Source of the DNA: Elusimicrobiota bacterium | GTDB taxonomy: Bacteria; Elusimicrobiota; Elusimicrobia; UBA1565; JACRDR01 | Assembly: GCA_041694815.1 (NCBI GenBank) | Contig: JBGFSC010000042.1 | Location: forward strand, 1 to 20,217 | DNA length: 20,217 nt | Direction: 5' to 3' | Shown: piece after piece, positions 1 through 6,676 of the stretch | How positions within the stretch are numbered: position 1 is the stretch's first letter | Layout of the letters: the number at the start of each line of letters is the position of its first letter | Notes under the pieces: generated by a model | The model's input: only the letters and a program-made list of their open reading frames with translations | Told to the model about the DNA's origin: nothing | Database searches by the model: none | Position numbers and translations under genes: made by a program

Positions 1-94
1 ATCGCTAATTTCCCTCCCGTGCTTTTAGATCACTATCCCTTCGACTTTAGCCTGCTTCAGCGTTCGTTAGCTGGTAACGATGTGCCCGACGTCC

Positions 95-670
95 TCACTC
101 CTCCGGCAGCGGGGAGAACAGCAGCGAGTTCAGAAAATGGAGATATGGGGCGCGGTATTTTTTCCGCCAGAAATCCTCGCGCCCGGCGCGGTAGAGGATG
201 AGGAATACCCCGCGGGGGTCGGGAACTGCCGAGGCCTCCGCAAGGGAGACCCGCGCTTTCTCACCCAAGAGATACTGGGGGTCGTATTCGTAACGGGTAT
301 ATCGTACCCTAAAAGCCGTATGGCTCGAAATAAGCGTATCGGACACGAGGTGCGGATCCTCGGTGCTGCCCCAGGCGGCCATCTCGCGGCGCAATTCATC
401 GGGGGGCTTATAGCCCTTTTCATCCTTGGCTACGAATATGATGGAAAAATGGGCGCGCCCTTTGGGCTCCCGGAAGCGGACCCCGCCCTCGATGAGTTCC
501 GGCAGCCACCGCCTCGGGTATTGGCAGGAAAACATGGGATCGGCCTGGTAAGGGAGGAACGGGGCCTTGCGGGCCCAGCGCTTGAAAAAGGGGATATGGG
601 AGCACCCCGCCAGCGGGATCAAAAACGCCGACAACACAAGGAGATTTCCTCGCGCCCGCATCCGGGTCAT
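95..670 (-). CDS. Putative lipoprotein, possibly PsbP/DcrB-like fold
   Basis: Basic N-terminus, hydrophobic stretch and lipobox LAGC. FSCQYPRRW resembles the FSxxYPxxW start of PsbP-like domains. TAAAAT lies 6 nt upstream of the ATG. Confidence 0.7.
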   Translation of the reverse strand: MTRMRARGNLLVLSAFLIPLAGCSHIPFFKRWARKAPFLPYQADPMFSCQYPRRWLPELIEGGVRFREPKGRAHFSIIFVAKDEKGYKPPDELRREMAAWGSTEDPHLVSDTLISSHTAFRVRYTRYEYDPQYLLGEKARVSLAEASAVPDPRGVFLILYRAGREDFWRKKYRAPYLHFLNSLLFSPLPEE

Positions 671-676
671 TCTATG

Positions 677-701
677 ATTTTATCCCAACGAATAGTATAA
701 T
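677..701. promoter_or_regulatory. Back-to-back -10 elements of divergent promoters
   Basis: TAAAAT on the minus strand (677-682) and TATAAT on the plus strand (696-701), within a 43-bp intergenic gap. Confidence 0.6.
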
Positions 702-713
702 GATCGCCCGACG

Positions 714-1154
714 ATGACCGACCAATACAATCTGGGCGAGCTCACCAAGGAGATGGTCGCCAGTCGGCTCAAGAGCTTAGAGGACGCGCCCGCGGTCGCC
801 GCGGAGATCGTGAAGAAGACGATCGTGGCGGGGGTCCAAGGCACACGCCACGCGGGGCAGAGCCCGCAGGTATCGGTGCAGCAGATATGCCGCGGGGCCG
901 TCGCCGGCCTGCTGCTCATCGACAAGGATTTGCCCAAGTCGGCCGTATGCATGCTCGACAAGATGGCGGAGGCGTCCCAAGAGATCCAGCTGGCTCCCGA
1001 GGATCTGATGACCTGGGCCATGGAGGGGATCGCCAGCATGGCCAACGTCATCCCCTTAGACGTCCAAGGGCGCATCCGCGACGCGATCAACGACAAGTAC
1101 ATGGGCGCGGGCGAGGTTTTCGAAAAGCTTTGCCTACAACATAAGAAGGGCTAG
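714..1154 (+). CDS. Hypothetical alpha-helical protein, probably co-transcribed with bfr
   Basis: 146-aa ORF with normal composition and GC-rich third positions. TATAAT upstream; 8-bp gap to bfr. Confidence 0.75.
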   Translation: MTDQYNLGELTKEMVASRLKSLEDAPAVAAEIVKKTIVAGVQGTRHAGQSPQVSVQQICRGAVAGLLLIDKDLPKSAVCMLDKMAEASQEIQLAPEDLMTWAMEGIASMANVIPLDVQGRIRDAINDKYMGAGEVFEKLCLQHKKG

Positions 1155-1162
1155 GAGGATAG

Positions 1163-1642
1163 ATGAAAGGAGATTCCAAGATCATCGAAGCGCTTAACCG
1201 AGCGCTCACGATTGAGCTGACGGCCATCAATCAGTATTTCATCCACGCGAAGATGTGCGAGAACTGGGGTTACCATCGGCTGGCGAAAAAGCATCACGAG
1301 GAGTCGATCGGAGAAATGAAGCACGCCGACAGCCTCATCGACCGGATCCTGTTCCTGGAAGGCATCCCCAACATCGCCCGTTACGACGTCATCCGCGCCG
1401 GCACCGGGGTTAAGGACCAGCTCGAGCACGACTTGAAGCTCGAGCTCGGCGGGGTCAAGGTCTATAACGCCGCCATAGACCTCGCCGTGCAGATCAAGGA
1501 CGCCGGCAGCCGCGAGATCCTGGAACATATCCTCTCCGACTCCGAGGCGCATGTCGACTGGCTGGAAAGCCAGCTCAACATCATCAAGGAAGTCGGGTTG
1601 GACAACTACTTGTCGCAGCAGTTGGAGGGAGAGGGCAAGTAG
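1163..1642 (+). CDS. bfr: Bacterioferritin
   Basis: MKGD start, ELTAINQYFIH, ESIGEMKHAD (heme Met and ferroxidase ligands), SEAHVDWLE, GLDNYL. AGGAGG RBS. Confidence 0.97.
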   Translation: MKGDSKIIEALNRALTIELTAINQYFIHAKMCENWGYHRLAKKHHEESIGEMKHADSLIDRILFLEGIPNIARYDVIRAGTGVKDQLEHDLKLELGGVKVYNAAIDLAVQIKDAGSREILEHILSDSEAHVDWLESQLNIIKEVGLDNYLSQQLEGEGK

Positions 1643-1815
1643 CCGAGATACTGCTGGAGCGCGGGGTGGCAGGCGGTGCAGCCGCCGCCCGCCTCGGTGT
1701 AGCGGGTGATGTCTTGAATCGTCTTGATCCGCCCGGACTCCACGGCCTCGAGTATCTCCTCCTCGCTCACTTGGAGGCAGGGGCAGACGATGGTCTTCTT
1801 TTTCCTTGGGCTCAC
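1606..1815 (-). CDS. bfd: Bfd-like [2Fe-2S] protein
   Basis: VCPCLQVS...AGGGCTAC four-Cys Fer2_BFD pattern, adjacent to bfr. Confidence 0.88.
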   Translation of the reverse strand: MSPRKKKTIVCPCLQVSEEEILEAVESGRIKTIQDITRYTEAGGGCTACHPALQQYLGYLPSPSNCCDK

Positions 1816-1822
1816 TGATTTC

Positions 1823-1845
1823 TTATTGAAACGTCATTTCATTAA
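1823..1845. promoter_or_regulatory. Fur-like inverted repeat upstream of bfd
   Basis: TTATTGAAA-CGTCA-TTTCATTAA (8/9 arm match). The core TGAAACGTCATTTCA resembles the 7-1-7 Fur box and sits beside iron genes. Confidence 0.6.
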
Positions 1846-1881
1846 ACCAAAAATGCGGCAGCGTCGGCAACCCCCGCTCCC

Positions 1882-3519
1882 TTGAAAATCGCCTTAGCGC
1901 AGGTCGACACCACCGTCGGGGATATTTCCGGCAACGCCGACAAGATCCTCTCGTTCTACCGGCGCGCCTGCGCCGAGGGGGCCCGCCTCGTCCTTTTTCC
2001 CGAGATGGCGCTCACCGGCTACCCGGCCTGGGACCTGCTGGAACAGCGCGAGTTCATCTCCGCCAATCTCGCCGCCCTCAAGCGGCTGGCGGCCGGCACG
2101 CGCCGCGCGGGGCTGTTGCTCGGCTACGTGGAGGAGAACCCCGGGCCCGGCAAACCCCTCTACAACGCGGCGGCGCTGCTCGGCCAGGGACGCGTGCTCG
2201 CCCGGCGCTTCAAGACGCTGCTGCCTACCTACGACGTCTTCGACGAGCGCCGCTATTTCCAGCCGGCCGAGCAGAACAAGCCCGTCGCCTTCGACGGCGC
2301 GCGGCTCGGCGTGACGATCTGCGAGGACGCCTGGAACGATGAGGCCTTCTGGGGCCGCCGCCTGTACGCGGAGGATCCCGTGCGCTCCCTGGCCAAGGCC
2401 GGCGCCCGGATACTGCTGAACATATCCTCTTCGCCCTTCGACCGCGGAAAGTCGGGCCTACGCCTGAAGATGATCCGAAGCCATGTCCGGAGGCTCAAGC
2501 GCCCTTTTTTCTATTGCAACGGCGTCGGGGCCAACGACGAGCTCATCTTCGACGGCAACAGCCTGGCCTTAGATTCCAGAGGCCGGCTGCTCGCCCGGGG
2601 AAGCCCGTTCGAGGAAAGCCTCGTTTTCGCCGATCCCGAAAGCCCCGCTGGGAGTCCCGACTACGAGTCGATGGAGGATGTCGAGGAGGTCTGCCGGGCT
2701 CTGCTGTTGGGACTCAAGGATTATTCCCGCAAATGCGGCTTCAAGAACGTGCTGGTGGGATTGAGCGGCGGCATCGACTCCGCCTTGGTCGCCAGCCTCG
2801 CGGCGCGCGCCCTAGGTCCCCGGCATGTGACGGGGGTGGCGATGCCCTCGATGTATTCCTCGCCCGGATCGCTCGCCGACGCCGCGCAGCTCGCGCGCAA
2901 TCTCGGCATCGAGTTTATCACCATCCCCATCACGCCCCTCTATAATGCGGCCCTCTCCTCGCTCAAGGAGGCGCTGGGTCCCGGGCCGGAGGGGGTGACG
3001 GAACAGAACCTGCAGGCGCGCCTGCGCGGTCTGCTGCTGATGGCCTTGTCGAACAAGAGGGGGGCGCTTCTGCTTACGACCGGGAACAAATCGGAGATGT
3101 CGGTGGGCTATTGCACGCTCTACGGCGACATGAACGGCGGGCTCGCGGTGATCTCCGACGTTCCCAAGACGACCGTCTACGCCTTGGCCAAATTCATCAA
3201 CCGAGACCGCGAGATCATCCCCATGGCCTCCATCACCAAGGCCCCCTCGGCGGAGCTCAAGCCCAATCAGAAGGACCAAGACGACCTACCGGCCTACGAG
3301 GTCCTCGACCGGATCATCGAGGGGTATGTCGAGAAGGCCTGGGGAGCTGAAACCATCTCCAAACGGGAAAAGATCCCCTTGGGGCTCGTCGTCGACATCA
3401 TCGGCCGCATCGACCGCAGCGAATACAAGCGCCGCCAGGCGCCCCCGGGACTTAAGATCACCACCAAGGCCTTCGGCATCGGCCGGCGCATGCCCATCGC
3501 GCGAGTGGATTATCGCTAA
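1882..3519 (+). CDS. nadE: Glutamine-dependent NAD+ synthetase
   Basis: Nitrilase-like domain (FPEMALTGY, KTLLPTYDVFDE, ICEDAW) plus synthetase domain (GLSGGIDS, NLQARLR, TGNKSE, PSAEL, EYKRRQAP). Confidence 0.97.
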   Translation: MKIALAQVDTTVGDISGNADKILSFYRRACAEGARLVLFPEMALTGYPAWDLLEQREFISANLAALKRLAAGTRRAGLLLGYVEENPGPGKPLYNAAALLGQGRVLARRFKTLLPTYDVFDERRYFQPAEQNKPVAFDGARLGVTICEDAWNDEAFWGRRLYAEDPVRSLAKAGARILLNISSSPFDRGKSGLRLKMIRSHVRRLKRPFFYCNGVGANDELIFDGNSLALDSRGRLLARGSPFEESLVFADPESPAGSPDYESMEDVEEVCRALLLGLKDYSRKCGFKNVLVGLSGGIDSALVASLAARALGPRHVTGVAMPSMYSSPGSLADAAQLARNLGIEFITIPITPLYNAALSSLKEALGPGPEGVTEQNLQARLRGLLLMALSNKRGALLLTTGNKSEMSVGYCTLYGDMNGGLAVISDVPKTTVYALAKFINRDREIIPMASITKAPSAELKPNQKDQDDLPAYEVLDRIIEGYVEKAWGAETISKREKIPLGLVVDIIGRIDRSEYKRRQAPPGLKITTKAFGIGRRMPIARVDYR

Positions 3520-3567
3520 TTATTTTCCCGGCGGATAAGTTTCCGACTATAGAAGCGCTGTTAAATC

Positions 3568-4008
3568 TTAGCCCCAAGCAAACTGAGAGAGGGCACATGC
3601 GAGTCCGACCACGAGTGCCAGGGGTATGCCTATTATAATGTACGGGGCTAGGGGCGGGACAATATGTGCGACTAAGAGTAGGGCGGGAATAGCGCCCCAG
3701 AATGCAATACCGCCGACCACCTGCTTTGCCCTCTCCCTGTGCCGCGGAAGCTCGGAAGGCGCCGGCTCCTTGACGATGATCGGCCCCGTACGCCTGGCTC
3801 CGGGCGTCCGCGCCTTCGCCCGGCCGAACTTAAATAGGGCGGCGAATCGAGACCCGGAAGAGGAACTCGAGGGATTTCCCGCCAAGCCGGCCATGGTCGC
3901 TCCTTCCCCGAAATCATGGCCGGCGCCGGCCTTAATCGACTCGACAGTTTCGGCCGCCAGAGACGGCGCGACGGCGAGCAAACAGCAGAGAATCCACGGC
4001 AAGTGCAC
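3568..4008 (-). CDS. Hypothetical exported/membrane protein (signal peptide, low-complexity linker, C-terminal hydrophobic hairpin)
   Basis: Signal peptide ending SLAA-E; about two TM segments at the C-terminus; TACACT 6 nt upstream of the GTG. Confidence 0.7.
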   Translation of the reverse strand: MHLPWILCCLLAVAPSLAAETVESIKAGAGHDFGEGATMAGLAGNPSSSSSGSRFAALFKFGRAKARTPGARRTGPIIVKEPAPSELPRHRERAKQVVGGIAFWGAIPALLLVAHIVPPLAPYIIIGIPLALVVGLACALSQFAWG

Positions 4009-4014
4009 GGGTAA

Positions 4015-4103
4015 AGTGTACGCGCCAAACGGCTAAGCCGCCTGAGCCTTTAGGGCGTTTATACGTGGTTTTTAGGACTCCGGGAAATAGGCCTAAGGAC
4101 CTA
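4015..4103 (-). promoter_or_regulatory. Promoter with -10 TACACT and array of ~16-bp operator boxes
   Basis: -10 at 4015-4020. Boxes start at 4043 (TGAGCCTTTAGGGCGT), 4066 (weak) and 4088 (TAGGCCTAAGGACCTA). The layout matches 6340-6429. Confidence 0.65.
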
Positions 4104-4164
4104 TAATACTCGCATGTGCGCCAGCACATCGTAACCCCCTAAATTATGTTGTTCGGCGTTTGTC

Positions 4165-4563
4165 CTAGGGGCAGCTGTTTGGCTTGGCTCGCGGCCGAGA
4201 CGTGAAACGATAACCGTCGGCCTGGGAACGTAGCCCGACGTAGGATCGCATGGCTCGAATACTCAAGCCTATCGCCCGAGGGGTCCGTACAATGGCGGCC
4301 AGCATCGCGGCGCCCTGTTCCGTAAACACCCAAGGCCGATGCGAACTGCCTCCCCGGCCGTAACGATGGGAGCGGTAAAAGGCGGCCTCCTCGCGCGTGA
4401 GCTGAAACGCGAAATCGTCCGGGAAACGATCACGGTTGCGCAACATCAGTCGGGTCAATTGCTCCGTCGGCAAACAGAAAAGCCTGGCCAAATCGGAGTC
4501 GAAAAACACCCGCAAGCCGCCGACATTGCGAACCCGACATCCGAAAAAACGCACCGGGAGCAT
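4165..4563 (-). CDS. ORF6N-domain putative DNA-binding protein, divergent and short
   Basis: RVFFDSDLARLF...RNRDRFPDDFAFQLTREE...GRGG...PWVFTEQGAAML matches the ORF6N signature. Confidence 0.85.
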   Translation of the reverse strand: MLPVRFFGCRVRNVGGLRVFFDSDLARLFCLPTEQLTRLMLRNRDRFPDDFAFQLTREEAAFYRSHRYGRGGSSHRPWVFTEQGAAMLAAIVRTPRAIGLSIRAMRSYVGLRSQADGYRFTSRPRAKPNSCP

Positions 4564-4625
4564 GCCACATATACGATCGGACCTGAAAAAAGTTCCCTGG
4601 GGGTGTGTCTATCGGCCAACAACGG

Positions 4626-4658
4626 TTTTTTGCGCCGTCAAAATGACGGCGCAAAAAA
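4626..4658. repeat. Perfect 15-bp inverted repeat with 3-nt spacer
   Basis: TTTTTTGCGCCGTCA-AAA-TGACGGCGCAAAAAA. Confidence 0.95.
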
Positions 4659-4793
4659 AGCGCCTGACTTAGGACACCGCAACCCCTGGCGCGCCCAGAC
4701 GGCCTCCCTAGGCGTCGCGAGGCCGATTAGCTGTCAAAGTGATATACCGAAAGGTGGAATTCCGCTAGGAAGTCTTCCGAAAACACGGATGGC

Positions 4794-5495
4794 TTAGGAA
4801 ATCCGCTTGCCGATGAATCGGATCAGCCCCATCAGGGCGGCAGGAACAATGATCGACCCGATAGCGACGAACAGAAAGAGTAGCGCCAAAACCCCATCCC
4901 CGAGAGTGCTCAGAGCAGCCGGACCCACTAGTTTCGACAATCCAAGGAGAGCGGCAACCCCAGCATACATGCCCACAAGGAAAGTGAACGCGCCGGTTAT
5001 TCCCGCCAATGCGGAAAAAAGTCCCTTCTTGCCGAGCGAACGGCTCTTGCAGGAGAACCAAGCCACCAGAGATGCGACGATCGCCGGACCCAAAAAGAAC
5101 GCTGCGATCGGGGAATGCCCCACGATCATCTCCTCTATCCTACCCACGAACAGCATGGTGCCAAAGGACGCGCCTCCCAACAGCAAATTTTCCATAGCAC
5201 GATCCTTCAGATCAGCCAGCCTTTGCCTCCAGGATTTAGGCGGCTTATTCGGACCTCCGGGGGGCGAGGGGGGATTCTGGCCCTTGGCCGGCGCCGACTC
5301 GAAGACCGTGGGCGGCTGAGCCGAGGGATCTCCGGCATTCGAAAGGGCTTGGGTGGCGGACGCTCCGTCCTTTTGTCCGGTCTTCTCGAAAAGCTCCGCC
5401 GCCTTAGATGCCTGTTCCTCGGCAGGTTGCTCGGCATGGGCCGCGAGGCCCAAACTAAAGGTAAGGGTACACGCCAGAATAATCGCCGGTTTCAT
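4794..5495 (-). CDS. Hypothetical exported/membrane protein, paralog A
   Basis: Signal peptide (AHA-E), N-terminal region shared with paralog B, Pro-rich linker, about 4-5 hydrophobic segments. Confidence 0.85.
   Translation of the reverse strand: MKPAIILACTLTFSLGLAAHAEQPAEEQASKAAELFEKTGQKDGASATQALSNAGDPSAQPPTVFESAPAKGQNPPSPPGGPNKPPKSWRQRLADLKDRAMENLLLGGASFGTMLFVGRIEEMIVGHSPIAAFFLGPAIVASLVAWFSCKSRSLGKKGLFSALAGITGAFTFLVGMYAGVAALLGLSKLVGPAALSTLGDGVLALLFLFVAIGSIIVPAALMGLIRFIGKRIS
5268..5495 (-). repeat. N-terminal coding module, copy 1 (other copy 6083-6310)
   Basis: Colinear 228-nt similarity; 49/57 aa identical from HAEQ to GQNPP. Confidence 0.92.
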
Positions 5496-5530
5496 CGATG
5501 CCGTGATTTGTCCTACCTCTCCAACAGCCG

Positions 5531-6319
5531 CTATTTTTTATCGAACTTCTTGCCTAGCCAGGCGCCGAGCTTGCCGCCGCCATGAAGACCATTGAATATC
5601 CCGGCCATTCCGCCTAATCCCAGGGCTCCCAGTAGATATAAGGGAAAAACAAGGAGCACCAAAAGGTCGAGCGCGCCAAAGAAACCGGCCAAAGGGCCTC
5701 CGGCTAGCCCGAAAGCCAGCGTCAGTCCCGCGGCCGCGCCCGAGATGCCGCCCAAGATGGAACCCAGGCCCTTGCCTAATGCCTGGCCGGCTTTTTCTCC
5801 CGACCCCGGCGTCTCGGTCGGTTTCTCCGGTTTAGGTCCGGAAGAAAAGAAAGAGTTCGCTATATTGCGCCCCCACCTGGCCCCGTAAGAAAGATAGGTG
5901 GGCGCGGCGATTGCGGCGACCGTGAGGAGGAAGCGCAGGCTGTCCGCATAAGTGGGTTCGGCCTGAGAGTATCCCGCAAGCCAGGAAAGAGAGTTGGAGA
6001 ACAGCAATGCCGCGGCGGCTGCGCCTCCCAGAAATCCTCCGATAATACCTGAAGTCTTGGGTCCATTGGATGCAGGCGGAGGCGGGGGATTCTGCCCCTT
6101 GGCCGGCGCCGCCTCGAAGACGGCAGGGGGCTGCGCCGAGGGATCTCCGGTGTTGGAGAGCGCCTCGATAGCGGGAGTTCCGTCCTTTTTTCCGGTCTTC
6201 TCGAAAAGCTCCGCCGCCTTGGATGCCTGTTCCTCGGCGGGCTGCTCGGCATGCACCACGACGCCCAAGCCCAAGGTAAGGGTATACGCCAAAACGATCG
6301 CCGGTCTGATCAATGTCAT
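5531..6319 (-). CDS. Hypothetical exported/membrane protein, paralog B, glycine-zipper rich
   Basis: Signal peptide (VHA-E), shared N-terminal region, GxxxG-rich hydrophobic C-terminus. GGAGG RBS. Confidence 0.85.
   Translation of the reverse strand: MTLIRPAIVLAYTLTLGLGVVVHAEQPAEEQASKAAELFEKTGKKDGTPAIEALSNTGDPSAQPPAVFEAAPAKGQNPPPPPASNGPKTSGIIGGFLGGAAAAALLFSNSLSWLAGYSQAEPTYADSLRFLLTVAAIAAPTYLSYGARWGRNIANSFFSSGPKPEKPTETPGSGEKAGQALGKGLGSILGGISGAAAGLTLAFGLAGGPLAGFFGALDLLVLLVFPLYLLGALGLGGMAGIFNGLHGGGKLGAWLGKKFDKK
6083..6310 (-). repeat. N-terminal coding module, copy 2
   Basis: Colinear with 5268-5495. Confidence 0.92.
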
Positions 6320-6339
6320 TATGCCTCCGTACTGGCTTC

Positions 6340-6429
6340 AGTATAAAGGAAAGCCCCAGGCCGGGCATGAGCCTTTCGGGCATTCCCCCGTGGGAAAACG
6401 ACCCAGCTCCCCGTAGGCCCCAGGGCCTA
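6340..6429 (-). promoter_or_regulatory. Promoter with -10 TATACT and three ~16-bp operator boxes
   Basis: -10 at 6340-6345. Boxes start at 6368 (TGAGCCTTTCGGGCAT), 6391 (TGGGAAAACGACCCA) and 6414 (TAGGCCCCAGGGCCTA), a 23-bp period. Confidence 0.65.
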
Positions 6430-6431
6430 GG

Positions 6432-6460
6432 TTGCTAAAAGCTCCGTTTTTTTCCATAAT
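6432..6460 (+). promoter_or_regulatory. Sigma70-type promoter of hicA
   Basis: TTGCTA-17 bp-CATAAT, followed by a GAGG RBS at 6472-6475. Confidence 0.55.
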
Positions 6461-6480
6461 AATTTCTAGTCGAGGTTTTT

Positions 6481-6669
6481 ATGAAACGACGCGATCTCAT
6501 CCGACATCTGACCGATAACGGCTGCGTGCTGCTCCGGGAGGGGGGGAAGTACTCGGTGTTCCAGAATCCCGCCAATCAGATCGAGGTGCCGGTCACTCGG
6601 CACCCCGAAATGGCCGATCACACGGCGCGCAAGCTGTGCAAGCAATTGGGCATTCCGCCCCTGGCCTAG
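6481..6669 (+). CDS. hicA: HicA-family toxin homolog, orphan, catalytic His replaced by Tyr
   Basis: MKRRDLIRHL..GCVLLREGGK(Y)SVFQNP...VTRHPEM...ARKLCKQLGIP. Confidence 0.88.
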   Translation: MKRRDLIRHLTDNGCVLLREGGKYSVFQNPANQIEVPVTRHPEMADHTARKLCKQLGIPPLA

Positions 6670-6676
6670 CGGGACG

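Noticed and set aside
30..85. Minus-strand AUCGUU...GAAGCA...GAAG resembling a glutamine (glnA) riboswitch ahead of a GGGAGG RBS at the window edge
   Set aside because: P1 pairing and the GGAAGUA / GAAGGAACG core do not match properly, and the downstream gene is outside the window. An Infernal search against Rfam would be needed.
3540..3566. dif/Xer-like site (…TGTTAAAT); also TTATGTT at 4144
   Set aside because: Only partial XerD-arm matches, with no convincing XerC arm at 6-bp spacing.
4626..4658. Bidirectional rho-independent terminator
   Set aside because: The stem is followed by A-runs, not U-runs, on both strands.
4339..4797. 152-aa plus-strand ORF
   Set aside because: It overlaps ORF6N antisense and crosses palindromic intergenic DNA; no RBS or family signature.
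3520..6676. Prophage or integrative element
   Set aside because: No integrase, transposase, structural genes or att repeats; only ORF6N and hicA as mobile-type genes.
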